Part shown: piece by piece, positions 37,501 through 43,640 of the stretch
Layout: every line of letters starts with the position of its first letter
Position numbering within the stretch: position 1 is the first letter of the stretch
Origin: Candidatus Omnitrophota bacterium
GTDB lineage: Bacteria; Omnitrophota; Gorgyraeia; Zapsychrales; Zapsychraceae
Reading direction: 5' to 3'
NCBI GenBank assembly: GCA_020632515.1
Contig: JACKFK010000006.1
Location: 139,876 to 203,875 of the forward strand
DNA length: 64,000 nt
Notes under the pieces: generated by a model
Database searches by the model: none
What the model saw: the letters and a program-made list of their open reading frames with translations, nothing else
Told to the model about the DNA's origin: nothing
Translations under genes and position numbers: made by a program

Positions 37501-37995
37501 TTTTGGCATTCACAGCGTGTGGTCGATGATGGTTCTGGTATTCTGCTTTTTGGTGGCGAAAATAATATTGTTCGCAATAATGTTATTTGGAGGCAATATG
37601 GATCAGGGATTCAGGTAACCGGACGAGGCGCGCAAAATAATCGGATTTATAATAATACAATTTCAAATTCAGGAAAGTGGGGGCTTTTTTTAACCGTCGA
37701 AGATGCTTCGATCGTAGAAAATAATATAGTTTTTAATAGCGCTATGAATAAAGAAACAACAAAGAATGTTATTCAACCAGGAAGTAAATTGAGTAATAAT
37801 CTTATTGATATTGATCCATTATTCGTTAATCCGAGTGCGGGTAATTTTAAACTTCAATCAGGCAGTCCCGCGATTAATAAGGGGAAGACGGTTGCTGAGG
37901 TGCCAACTGATATGGAAGGTGTTGCTCGTCCACAAGGAGGAACGTATGATATTGGCGCGTATGAATATCGTTCAATAGTAGGAACAGGGATTTAA
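28528..37995 (+). CDS. Giant secreted protein 2 (3155 aa): signal peptide, 7 aromatic ~90-aa modules, Asp-box propeller-like domain, Ig-like domains, 2 FN3, 4 parallel beta-helix modules
   Basis: Single ORF. N-terminus MSMNRVLNNKLLQTIGLGVFLSIIPVGVHAG looks like a Sec signal peptide. Domains are listed separately. Confidence 0.9.
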   Translation: MSMNRVLNNKLLQTIGLGVFLSIIPVGVHAGVPEGPQVYSPVNGSRLEGKSVTFRWSSGGVGVSDIKTLLVGRSPGSADIYGNAMMGNAVTVNNMPNDGNPVYVRLWYQLDNENYFQDYVYNVTGRLMGIKPVGVGVVVEPVVEPLVREVAAGGFRNIRAPSVLNNPIAGVEKRMWISGWWNDTDVGEQLDKIYYMDYANGGWEVKRQTIEWDVRSVKEHLEAGAMEGASINNPTVIRRDGDGNLVMYYDYLAETAENGVESKVGVAESEDGGRTWIDYSFDRDVLGGRDFVIDEVNGAIGPSAVKVNNGVWLYYHDGLEPMNVWRQQMGTDGISLVGTREKVNIPSGYTGNVRNVDVTWDGDKYLLAGNTGDLKNVVVFSSIDGINFEDPMSVDNPFIRGGSSYVLTPHLEYVENDKFKIYLGFNNSQEVNGSESILEWLYENPTKSNQAQVSIQANPSEIEAGESTVLSWEATNVDSCSASWMTSANLGKLSGAQVISPQVTSIYEVECLSETGDVGASVTVQVKVSNGSGESQAAEMLRPGAGEVIKTSSVVFSWDGGVNVSEYYLGVATAAGKLAVSPYGDIYAKNVGQVKEVTVNGIPNGVSTIYARLWSKISGIWEYKDYSYAVTNGNNNNEGVEELGSGQAQEGTAKLIKPVLGEKIKSTTTFEWSLGPDVSEVTLWIGGINGEADIYKQNQGLNTSVTVENIPMHFVWIYVTLWSKVNGEWLFEQYQFRPGEDAGGDGGGDGGNNGPSGTLAKMIKPTSGTVINGTSVTFEWDAGEKVSAYWLYIGSEVGQRNLVDSGELNGLTFQYSEVPQDGIRLYVRLFSQIEGQWFYNDYQYGTPGGNDGGGGDGGGGGVVEVPAELIRPATGAVINSNPVQFEWNSGAGVGEYFLKIGTVSGSGNILQESMKKSQSKSVEIPLNVSKIYVQLLSRINGTFHTRSYEFLIDTTVDVDPADAAEMLSPKPETMIDQTSVTFEWSSGSGVSEYFLTVGTKSGLGDVYEQSQGLNRSVTINNLPLVNLELYVRLWSKIKNEWIINDYFYPTKSNLQKNPDAGDVVKPEPGSTIYFPDVTFEWTPGKGVEEFFFAIGQDPEIFDIYRQLQGKNTSVSVVIPIDDQVKYVHLWSKIAGVWYANNYIYKTDGSKIPPTVPTNLKVTGVTANSVSLSWGPSTDNYTDSRGLKGYRIYRNGQLVGTTSGRTYTDVGLSPNRTYTYQVAAYDGHNNESSRSNSVSATTLNGGFSGPVCSGGGFDGGGTGVEPLCQNIKDCPPNGIVYFVAENGDDNNPGTENQPFKTIQKAADVVKGGETVFVRSGTYAGFRVVNLHPPAGQWITFKSYPGETATVNTQNGPVRLSGASYLIFEGLEITNKGFDNSQRCDLVNDPTGSCKALAIQESGGNPGILVDSTYFGNADTDTHHIIIRHNNIHHNRSHGINASTGADPVKYPNGQGNYKFEIVNNQIHNNGIKGLTGGYGTYVTGTDLIIKGNIFHDNNGQGMRLGNISTNNNIVNSIIENNISYNNTGPLWHSGNGGKVETTAGFGFILYGGRNNIMRNNVAYGNYGGGLQDTTLEKARPDKIYNNTFFHNGTYGITMTGYGVAQNNIFWGNAKRIPAYEVELWDESSAKNNLVGGNQLLVRANNSSTASNNILNKDPLLINAANGNFRLKEGSPAVDAGVSVSEVTTDFDGSFRPQGDNYDIGAYEEFKGNSGGGVKPGNGIIYYTATNGNDSNPGTEAQPFRTIKKGVETLQAGDTLYVKQGTYNESIISWETTVRSGASWSNPITISAYPGDTVTIRPKPGNAAFWFKHGPNLATIQYIVINGFIIDGQGTALHGIKFQNSKPPKQGSDAYNGPHNIRVSNTEIKNVTASGLLVSGDGHEFLRLKVHNCGTSFFDHGIYASGNRNIIADSEWYSNAGYGIQINHESKGWDGKVSELNSQENIIKGNYAHNNGTDTAKPFGCGIVFWYTSNNVAYNNILSNNINCGIQLRHNNSVYNNTIYGNKNNAIVTGTNADNSEFINNLSFNSGPHSIKAGDFVFENNLTGVDPLFVNPASGDFRLRSGSPAIDKGLALSIVKDDYLKVKRPLGNDFDIGAFEYRPLIGINGIKSVQTSVNQGDHSVNKTTLSLYEAFELSVINNDTYFDPSDPKEIALLVTFNHESGESSYKLPGVYIKNESGNVWNVSFIAPKAGQWGYTFEWVGASPNKPVRGQGEFTITSDEVVQNQERILGVVSQNNLVGIKASGKTYYVATYGNDADPGSELQPFRTIKKGVSILDAGDTLLVRAGTYQEAILSWETTVRSGDSWSNPITISSYPGEVVIIKPSSQSAAFWFKTGPNNSVIQYVVINGFVIDGGVHGIKLQGCLSGGTDSWCSNEPAPRNIQVSNVEIMNTDLSGLQTNGDGHRFLNLKIHDTGKSGSGHGIYHEGTNSIIAHSEIYSGTGYGIQLNNEHAGQVSENNFLYNNYSHGHEDCGIVFWVSKNNTAYNNILSSNKNCGIRVRLGGAKVFNNTIYKNGPYAGVVVQEFADNVQVVNNIVYQNGTDILDAGPNTIKSNNLVGVDPLLVNPAGGNFHLKAESPAIDVGKTLSEVKFDFNNGARPFGVRYDIGAYEYGAAPSKPSDSGGGSSGGSGVFDDETPTSPTNLIATATSSSTIQLSWNGSSDNVGVIGYYIVRDGQIINSVAGTSFTDAGLSPKTTYTYQVIAFDDACNESSPSNIASDTTPEMLVVGGVGGSEPCQNIADCPVTGIAYFVAMNGDDANPGTFDKPFKTLNKAVNVVKPGETIFLRNGGPYAGVRLENMANRNDAWVTIKSYPGEHAVIDASLSKGVGFDLRGVSYLILEDLEIMNSRFTNDKEPGLWCDINELSCQQDAENYHQHRAIVIHSTKEGNAPWTPHDLVMRRLNIHSHGGTAILGSWGSYNIQVLDSHLHDNGVKGVSEGYGTYISTNNGLFRGNIVHDNSGNGMRFGNTPEENYWIRNSIMENNIVYDNGGRFWHSQRVVDDGSGILLFGGENNIVRNNVIWRQYGSGIQVTGRGAQNNRIYNNTISNSGKWGLFLTVEDASIVENNIVFNSAMNKETTKNVIQPGSKLSNNLIDIDPLFVNPSAGNFKLQSGSPAINKGKTVAEVPTDMEGVARPQGGTYDIGAYEYRSIVGTGI
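28618..28893 (+). repeat. Aromatic ~90-aa module, copy 1 of 7
   Basis: P.NGS.L....VTFRWS.GGVGVS...LLVG...G..DIY.......AVTV.NMP.DG.PVYVRLWY......YFQDYVY. Confidence 0.7.
28990..29862 (+). other. Beta-propeller-like domain with an Asp-box (BNR) motif; glycoside-hydrolase/sialidase-like
   Basis: SEDGGRTW fits S-x-D-x-G-x-T-W. Repeated hydrophobic-strand / Gly-Asp turn pattern (RRDGDGNLVMYY, VWLYYHDG, VTWDGDKYLLAGN, FSSIDGINF). Confidence 0.45.
29875..30114 (+). other. Ig-like domain
   Basis: VSIQANPSEIEAGESTVLSWEATNVDSC........G...V.P..T..YEVEC....G..GASVTVQV. Confidence 0.5.
30139..31962 (+). repeat. Aromatic ~90-aa modules, copies 2-7 (30139-30417, 30484-30738, 30802-31062, 31117-31380, 31417-31674, 31708-31962), separated by G/D-rich linkers
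   Basis: Consensus read from the translation: (L/I).P..G..I....V.FEW..G.GVSEY.L.(V/I)G...G..D(I/V)Y......N.SVTV..(I/L)P.....(I/L)YV.LWSKI.G.W...DY.Y. Confidence 0.8.
31981..32250 (+). other. Fibronectin type III domain 1
   Basis: PTNLKVTGVTANSVSLSW.PSTDN......GY.IYRNG..VGTT....YTD.GLSPN.TYTYQV.AYD...NES. Confidence 0.8.
32323..33648 (+). other. Parallel beta-helix module A
   Basis: EPLCQNIKDCP lead-in. VYFVAENGDDNNPGTENQPFKTIQKAADVVKGGETVFVRSGTY cap. NN.I.(H/Y)(N/D)N turns. SPAVDAG.......DFDG..RPQG..YDIGAYE end. Confidence 0.75.
33682..34827 (+). other. Parallel beta-helix module B
   Basis: IYYTATNGNDSNPGTEAQPFRTIKKGVETLQAGDTLYVKQGTYNE cap ... SPAIDKG...FDIGAFEY end. Confidence 0.75.
34828..35181 (+). 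other. Central beta-sandwich-like domain (resembles Ig-like N-terminal domains of some glycosidases)
   Basis: LSLYEAFELSV........DPSDP.EIALLVTF.HESGES.YKLPGVY......WNVSF.APKAGQWGYTFEW. Family name uncertain. Confidence 0.35.
35257..36363 (+). other. Parallel beta-helix module C (paralogue of B)
   Basis: Roughly half of positions are identical to module B by eye (YYVATYGNDADPGSELQPFRTIKKGVSILDAGDTLLVRAGTYQEAILSWETTVRSGDSWSNPITISSYPGE...). Confidence 0.75.
36433..36690 (+). other. Fibronectin type III domain 2
   Basis: PTNLIATATSSSTIQLSWNGSSDNVGVIGYYIVRDG.......GTSFTDAGLSPKTTYTYQVIAFD...NES. Confidence 0.8.
36727..37992 (+). other. Parallel beta-helix module D (paralogue of A)
   Basis: SEPCQNIADCP lead-in. 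AYFVAMNGDDANPGTFDKPFKTLNKAVNVVKPGETIFLRNGG.Y. GYGTYI..N...RGNIVHDNSGNGMRFGN parallels module A. Confidence 0.75.
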
Positions 37996-38106
37996 AAACC
38001 TTACAATAAATATCCGCATCTTTCATCAACTTCCAATTCTTTAGTGCATTGATTCATCATCATTAGGATGTATAATAATTGAAATTAAAAACAATGGAAT
38101 AAGATT

Positions 38107-39048
38107 ATGCCTGAAATAGAAATTTTTCATGAAAGTTATTATGACTGGAAGTGCATTCGTATGCAGTTAGGAGAAATATCTTTAGGCCTGACACCGGATA
38201 TCGGCGGCCGAATTATGTCTTTGCGACAGATGGGTAAAGAATTATTATTTGTCCAGGAAGAACACCGAGGGGAAACGTTTGATTTTAAAGAAGTTGGTGA
38301 TTTAAAAGCGGAGAAATATAAGCTTGGATTTCGTCTTTGGGGTGGTGATAAAACCTGGGTTGCCCCTGAGAAGAAATGGTGGGGGAAGATTCCTCCGCTT
38401 GATTTGGACGCGCTTCCATATCAGGTAGAAATATTCGGTTCACGAGTTAAGATGACTAGTCCAATATGTCGGGAAACAGGTGTTCGGCTTATTCGAACTG
38501 TGGAGTTAAAGGAAGGTGGAGTTATTATTTTAGAGCAAACGATTGTTAATGAAAGTTCGAAAAAGGTAGAGCGGGGGATATGGGATGTAACCCAATGTAT
38601 TAGACCTACAGAAGTTTATCTGCCAAGCAGTCCTGATAAAATATGGCCTTACCCGGATGCCGGGAAAATTCAAGAAGCGATTAAAAAAATCAGTCCATAT
38701 AAGAATTGGATGAAAATTCAATGTAATGACTTTACAGCGTTTAAGTTTGGTGCGGTTTTAACAAAAGGTGTTGTGGTTGCTATCCGTCGATTAAAAGATG
38801 ATGATCAGGCTATATCGTTTACTCGGTTTTTTGAAATTGATCAAGAAACTGCTTACGCACACAAGGTTATGGCTGAAGTATATAATTCGAAAGATTATCC
38901 TTATTTAGAAGTTGAGGTGCACGCCCCAATGAAAAGTTTAAATAAGGGTGAAGAATTTTCGCATAGACAAACATGGAAAATAGCCCGTCATAATATTCAC
39001 ATCACACCAGATGAAGTATTAGATTTTCATTCTGTCAAGAATTCATAA
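38107..39048 (+). CDS. Hypothetical cytoplasmic protein, possibly with a galactose-mutarotase-like beta-sandwich fold
   Basis: 313-aa ORF with no signal peptide. The G...L.PDIGGRIMSL...GKELLF pattern is reminiscent of aldose-epimerase-like families. Weak. Confidence 0.5.
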   Translation: MPEIEIFHESYYDWKCIRMQLGEISLGLTPDIGGRIMSLRQMGKELLFVQEEHRGETFDFKEVGDLKAEKYKLGFRLWGGDKTWVAPEKKWWGKIPPLDLDALPYQVEIFGSRVKMTSPICRETGVRLIRTVELKEGGVIILEQTIVNESSKKVERGIWDVTQCIRPTEVYLPSSPDKIWPYPDAGKIQEAIKKISPYKNWMKIQCNDFTAFKFGAVLTKGVVVAIRRLKDDDQAISFTRFFEIDQETAYAHKVMAEVYNSKDYPYLEVEVHAPMKSLNKGEEFSHRQTWKIARHNIHITPDEVLDFHSVKNS

Positions 39049-39151
39049 GCAATCCACAATTTACTAGATAAAATTTGTTCACATTTATTGTCCTTTAAAA
39101 TAAACAATGATATAGTAAAGCCATTGAAAAACAAAACACTCCTATGAAAGT

Positions 39152-40741
39152 GTGGGTATGGTTAGAAGAATTTTTTTATTAATATCATTCTTTATCATTA
39201 CGTTGCATTATACTCTTTCCTTTTATTTTTCTAATATTTGGTGGGGGATGTTATTTTGGGGGCCGGTTATTTTGGTTGGCCTTCTTGACATGGTGCAAAA
39301 CAAAAAGGCTGTCCGTAAGAATTTTCCAATTATAGGAAATCTTCGGTATTTGTTTGAAGCTGTCCGACCGGAAATTAATCAATATTTCGTGGAATCAAAT
39401 TCATCGGGAAGACCTTTTAGTCGAGAAGAGAGATCGCTCGTTTATCAACGCGCGAAAAGTACGCGTGATACATTGCCATTTGGAACCCAAAAAGATTTTT
39501 ACGAAGTAGGTTATGAATGGACAAATCACTCGATTAATCCTATTAAGGTTGATTCAAAAAAACTACGTATTACGGTAGGTGGGCTGCAATGTAAAAAACC
39601 ATATAACGCCAGTGTTTTAAATATCGGAGCTATGAGTTTTGGCGCGTTAAGTAAAAACGCGATCCGCGCTTTGAATGAAGGCGCTAAGATGGGTGGTTTT
39701 GCGCATAATACGGGTGAAGGCGGGATTAGTCCATATCATATGTGCGGCGGAGATTTAATTTGGCAAATTGGCACGGGATATTTTGGTTGTCGGAATGAGC
39801 AAGGGCGATTCTGTAAAGACCGGTTTAAAGATCGCTCGCAGATTGATTACGTAAAAATGATTGAATTAAAAATTTCTCAAGGTGCTAAGCCTGGTGGGGG
39901 AGGGATTGTCCCAGGGGTTAAGGTAACGAAAGAAATTGCTGCGATTCGAGGCGTTCCTCAAGGTAAGACAGTTGTTTCTCCGGCAGCGCATTTGGAGTTT
40001 AATACGCCTGTAGGACTGCTTGAATTTATTGATAAGTTGCGGGATTTAAGCGGAGGGAAACCTGTTGGATTTAAATTGTGTGTTGGTCGTCGTCGGGAAT
40101 TCTTTTCAATCTGCAAGGCTATGGTTAAGACGGGTATTTTACCTGATTTTATTTCGGTTGATGGCGCTGAAGGCGGAACCGGGGCCGCGCCTTTAGAGTT
40201 TTCCAATCACTTAGGCTGTCCGTTGACAGAAGGTCTTATTTTTGTTCATAACGCGCTTGTTGGTTTTGGATTAAGAGAAAATATTAAGATTTTTGCCAGC
40301 GGTAAGGTTACAACAGGTTTTGGCATGGTTCATCGGCTTGCGATTGGCGCTGACGCGATTTATTCCGCGCGCGGCATGATGCTGGCTTTGGGCTGCATTC
40401 AAGCAATCAAATGCAATTCCAATAAATGTCCGGTTGGCATTGCGACACAAGATCCAGGTTTAGTCGTAGGGCTTGTTGTTGCGGACAAGAATAAAAGGGT
40501 TGCAAACTTTCATAATAATACAGTGCAAAGCTTAGGCCATTTACTTGGCGCTATGGGCATTGAACATCCAGAACAGTTACAACCCTGGCATATTATGCGC
40601 CGGGTTGATAAGACGAGCATAAAGAATTATAACGAAATATATCACTTTCTCAAAAAAGGGCAGTTATTAAACGAACCGTTTCCGCCAGATTTTGACAGGG
40701 CTTTACGAATGTCAAGAGCTGAAAGTTTTGCTTCGAATTAA
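39152..40741 (+). CDS. Membrane-anchored FMN-binding glutamate-synthase-family protein (GltB FMN-domain homologue)
   Basis: Two N-terminal TM helices. GAMSFGALS..A..AL..GA...G...NTGEGG. KISQGAKPGGGG.(V/L)PG.KVT.EIA..RG. DG.EGGTGA. Confidence 0.85.
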   Translation: MGMVRRIFLLISFFIITLHYTLSFYFSNIWWGMLFWGPVILVGLLDMVQNKKAVRKNFPIIGNLRYLFEAVRPEINQYFVESNSSGRPFSREERSLVYQRAKSTRDTLPFGTQKDFYEVGYEWTNHSINPIKVDSKKLRITVGGLQCKKPYNASVLNIGAMSFGALSKNAIRALNEGAKMGGFAHNTGEGGISPYHMCGGDLIWQIGTGYFGCRNEQGRFCKDRFKDRSQIDYVKMIELKISQGAKPGGGGIVPGVKVTKEIAAIRGVPQGKTVVSPAAHLEFNTPVGLLEFIDKLRDLSGGKPVGFKLCVGRRREFFSICKAMVKTGILPDFISVDGAEGGTGAAPLEFSNHLGCPLTEGLIFVHNALVGFGLRENIKIFASGKVTTGFGMVHRLAIGADAIYSARGMMLALGCIQAIKCNSNKCPVGIATQDPGLVVGLVVADKNKRVANFHNNTVQSLGHLLGAMGIEHPEQLQPWHIMRRVDKTSIKNYNEIYHFLKKGQLLNEPFPPDFDRALRMSRAESFASN

Positions 40742-40750
40742 GGGGGGATT

Positions 40751-41116
40751 ATGGCTAAAATTATACTTATTGTCGATGATGATCCAACGATGATTAAATT
40801 GGTAGGCACTATTTTAAAGAAAGAAGGATTTATCGTGGAAACAGCCTATGATGGCTTAGATGCGTTAGCTAAGTTAAAGAAAATTAATCCGGACTTAATT
40901 ATTTTGGATGTTATCATGCCGGAAATTAATGGTTATGATGTTTGTTATCAATTACGTTTTAATAAAGAATTCGAGAAAATCCCAATTATTCTATTAACAG
41001 AACGATCGCAGGAAATTGTTGACGATATTGGACAAAAGGTTAACATTGCTTATATACAAAAACCGTTGGATCAAAAAATTCTACTTAATCAAATTCATCA
41101 GCTGATATCAGCATAA
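40751..41116 (+). CDS. Stand-alone response-regulator receiver
   Basis: ILIVDDDP...DLIILDVIMPEINGYD...LLTER.... Confidence 0.85.
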   Translation: MAKIILIVDDDPTMIKLVGTILKKEGFIVETAYDGLDALAKLKKINPDLIILDVIMPEINGYDVCYQLRFNKEFEKIPIILLTERSQEIVDDIGQKVNIAYIQKPLDQKILLNQIHQLISA

Positions 41117-41133
41117 TTCTTTAATTGATTTAA

Positions 41134-41991
41134 ATGAAAATATCTATTTTGGGAACAGGGTTATTAGGTTCCGCTTTAGCGCAACGGCTTTTATTTGCGG
41201 GCAATGAAGTTTGTGTTTACAATCGAACTTCAGCGAAAGCAAAGGCTTTGGTTAAAGACGGAGCCATTGTCGCAGAAAGTGTGCAAGAAGCAATTAATCA
41301 AAGTGAATGCACTATTTTAATGTTGGCGGATATAGATGCGATTAATAATGTGTTATTTAAAAAAGATATTAAGAGTTTTTATGGAAAAACAATTATTCAA
41401 ATGGGAACCATCTCTCCAGCGCAAAGCGTGCAGTTGAATCAAGCGTTGAAAGAATTGGAAGGAGATTATTTCGAATGTCCTGTTTTAGGCAGTCGGAAGG
41501 AAGCAATATCTGGAAATTTAATTCTTATGGCAGGGTCCACGCCGGAACAATTTAACAAATGGTTGAATTTGTTGAAAATGCTTGGACCAAACCCGCAACA
41601 CATAGGGGGTGTGGGCAAAGCTGCGGCTATGAAGCTGGCGTTGAATCATTTAATTGCTGCGCATGCTGTTGCTTTTTCTGTGAGCTTGGGATTAATTGAG
41701 AAAAATGGGATTGATCAGGATGTGTTTATGGGTATATTGCGGGAAAGTGCTTTGTATGCTTCAATGTATGATAAGAAATTGCAAAATTGGAAAAATCGTG
41801 AATATGCGAATCCGAATTTTCCTGTTAAACATTTATTGAAAGATGTAGAATTGGTATTGCATGAAACTCAAGAAAAGCAGATTAATAGTGAAGAAGTTAA
41901 AGCCTTAAGTCATATTCTTCAAGAAGCGATTAACCATCAGCTTGGGGATTTAGATTATTCAGCAGTTTTTAATACGATTAATAATATATGA
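41134..41991 (+). CDS. NAD(P)-dependent oxidoreductase (3-hydroxyisobutyrate / 6-phosphogluconate dehydrogenase-like)
   Basis: MKISILGTGLLGSALAQRL Rossmann start, and a C-terminal all-helical domain (GKAAAMKLALN). Confidence 0.8.
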   Translation: MKISILGTGLLGSALAQRLLFAGNEVCVYNRTSAKAKALVKDGAIVAESVQEAINQSECTILMLADIDAINNVLFKKDIKSFYGKTIIQMGTISPAQSVQLNQALKELEGDYFECPVLGSRKEAISGNLILMAGSTPEQFNKWLNLLKMLGPNPQHIGGVGKAAAMKLALNHLIAAHAVAFSVSLGLIEKNGIDQDVFMGILRESALYASMYDKKLQNWKNREYANPNFPVKHLLKDVELVLHETQEKQINSEEVKALSHILQEAINHQLGDLDYSAVFNTINNI

Positions 41992-42006
41992 TTAGGTTCA
42001 TTATTT

Positions 42007-42927
42007 ATGATTAGTTGCGATAAGGTTTCAAAATATTTCGGAGATTTTTGTGCGGTTAATAATGTTTCTTTTGAGATTAACCGGGGAGAAATTGTAGGTT
42101 TCCTTGGACAAAATGGTGCAGGCAAAACAACTTTGATGCGGCTGTTGACAACGTATTTATCTCCTTCCGCAGGTGCCATTAAAATTAATAGTATTGATGT
42201 TAAAAATTCTTCGTTACTTGTTCGTCAGAAAATTGGTTATCTGCCGGAAAACCCTCCATTATATGAAAATATGAATGTGCAGGACTATTTAACTTACGCG
42301 GCGCAATTAAAGAATGTTGAACATAAGAAGATTAAGGTGGAAGTTGAGCGTGTCTTATCAGAATGTAATCTTTCTAAAGTAAAAGATCAAACGATACAGA
42401 CTTTATCGAAGGGATATAAGCAGCGTGTAGGTATTGCGCAAGCCATTCTTAATGATCCGCCGGTGTTGATTCTTGATGAACCAACATCAGGTCTTGATCC
42501 TGTTCAGATTAAGCAGGTCAGAAAATTAATTAAAAGCTTTGAGCATAAAAAAACGATATTGCTTAGTACCCATATTCTCCCGGAGATCGAACAGATGGCT
42601 AAGCGGGTTATCATGATTAGAGCGGGAAAAATTATCGTTGATAATTATATTGAAAAATTAATAACAACTGAAGAAGATAGGGTTTTAGTTTGTATTAAAG
42701 GTATGGAGAGTAGAATTCATGAAGCGGTAGAACACACGGAAGGAATAAGATTGATTAATTCTATCGCAACGGATGACGTTTTATCTCTTGAGCTGGGAGT
42801 GAAAAAAGAATTAGAACATTTTAACGGATTTATTGAAAATGTTTTTAAGGTGCATGGACGTATTCTCGAAATTAAAGAACAACGATCCACATTAGAGGAA
42901 ATATTTTTAAACCTTCATAAGAATTAA
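42007..42927 (+). CDS. ABC transporter ATP-binding protein (GldA-like, ABC-2 type)
   Basis: Walker A GQNGAGKTT, signature LSKGYKQR, Walker B LILDEPTSGLD. Confidence 0.9.
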   Translation: MISCDKVSKYFGDFCAVNNVSFEINRGEIVGFLGQNGAGKTTLMRLLTTYLSPSAGAIKINSIDVKNSSLLVRQKIGYLPENPPLYENMNVQDYLTYAAQLKNVEHKKIKVEVERVLSECNLSKVKDQTIQTLSKGYKQRVGIAQAILNDPPVLILDEPTSGLDPVQIKQVRKLIKSFEHKKTILLSTHILPEIEQMAKRVIMIRAGKIIVDNYIEKLITTEEDRVLVCIKGMESRIHEAVEHTEGIRLINSIATDDVLSLELGVKKELEHFNGFIENVFKVHGRILEIKEQRSTLEEIFLNLHKN

Positions 42928-42932
42928 TTAAA

Positions 42933-43640
42933 ATGAAAATTGCCGCGATTGCTAAAAAAGAACTTAAGTCTTACTTTCATTCTCCTATGGCGTATATTGT
43001 TTTATTTTTGACGATTACCGTATTTAATGTCTTTTTTTATTTAATTATTAATGAGAATAGAGAAGTAAACTTACGGGACATGTTTAAGTTAATGGAGTTT
43101 ATGTTTGTCTTTCTGCTTCCTTTGTTGACAATGAGGCTTTTTTCAGAAGAAAAAGCTACAGGAACGGTGGAGTTTCTAATGACAACGCCAACATCAAACT
43201 GGACGATCGTATTAGGAAAGTATTGGGCGAGTGTTTTATTCTATTCAATTATTATAATTTCTTCGTTTGTTTACTACATAATTATGGAAATATTTGCAGA
43301 GCCGGATCGCTTAGCTGTCTTGAGTGGATATTTTGGGATTTGGTTGGAGGGGGCCTTTTTCATTGCGATCGGAATGTTGGCTTCATCATGGACAAAGAAT
43401 TCAATTATCGCGGCAATTACGTCATATGTTTTTATTTTATTTCTTTATTTTTCTCTCGCGCTGGAAAAATATACAACGGGAATTGTGACAGAGTTTATTC
43501 GATTTGCAAATACTCTAGCGCATATGGAGAATTTTGCTATTGGTTTAGTTACGACTGCGGATATTGTTTATTATCTTAGTGGAATTCTTATTTGTTTAAT
43601 ATTAACTCGATACAGTATTGAAACGCGCATATGGCGATAA
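42933..43640 (+). CDS. ABC-2 family permease (GldF-like)
   Basis: Six predicted TM segments. Conserved EEKATGT.E.L.TTP loop. Adjacent to the ATPase. Confidence 0.8.
   Translation: MKIAAIAKKELKSYFHSPMAYIVLFLTITVFNVFFYLIINENREVNLRDMFKLMEFMFVFLLPLLTMRLFSEEKATGTVEFLMTTPTSNWTIVLGKYWASVLFYSIIIISSFVYYIIMEIFAEPDRLAVLSGYFGIWLEGAFFIAIGMLASSWTKNSIIAAITSYVFILFLYFSLALEKYTTGIVTEFIRFANTLAHMENFAIGLVTTADIVYYLSGILICLILTRYSIETRIWR

Noticed and set aside
28528-37995. Nested ORFs inside giant gene 2 (e.g. 31898-32230, 35762-36121, 36565-36975)
   Set aside because: Same reasoning as for giant gene 1: they lie wholly within a long, motif-rich frame, and their translations are compositionally odd with no start signals.
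43223-43579. 118-aa alternative-frame ORF inside the ABC-2 permease, and similar nested or antisense ORFs (22252-22575, 54161-54787, 61002-61460, 58635-59186)
   Set aside because: All are contained in genes with clear family motifs in another frame or strand, and none has recognisable motifs or RBS.
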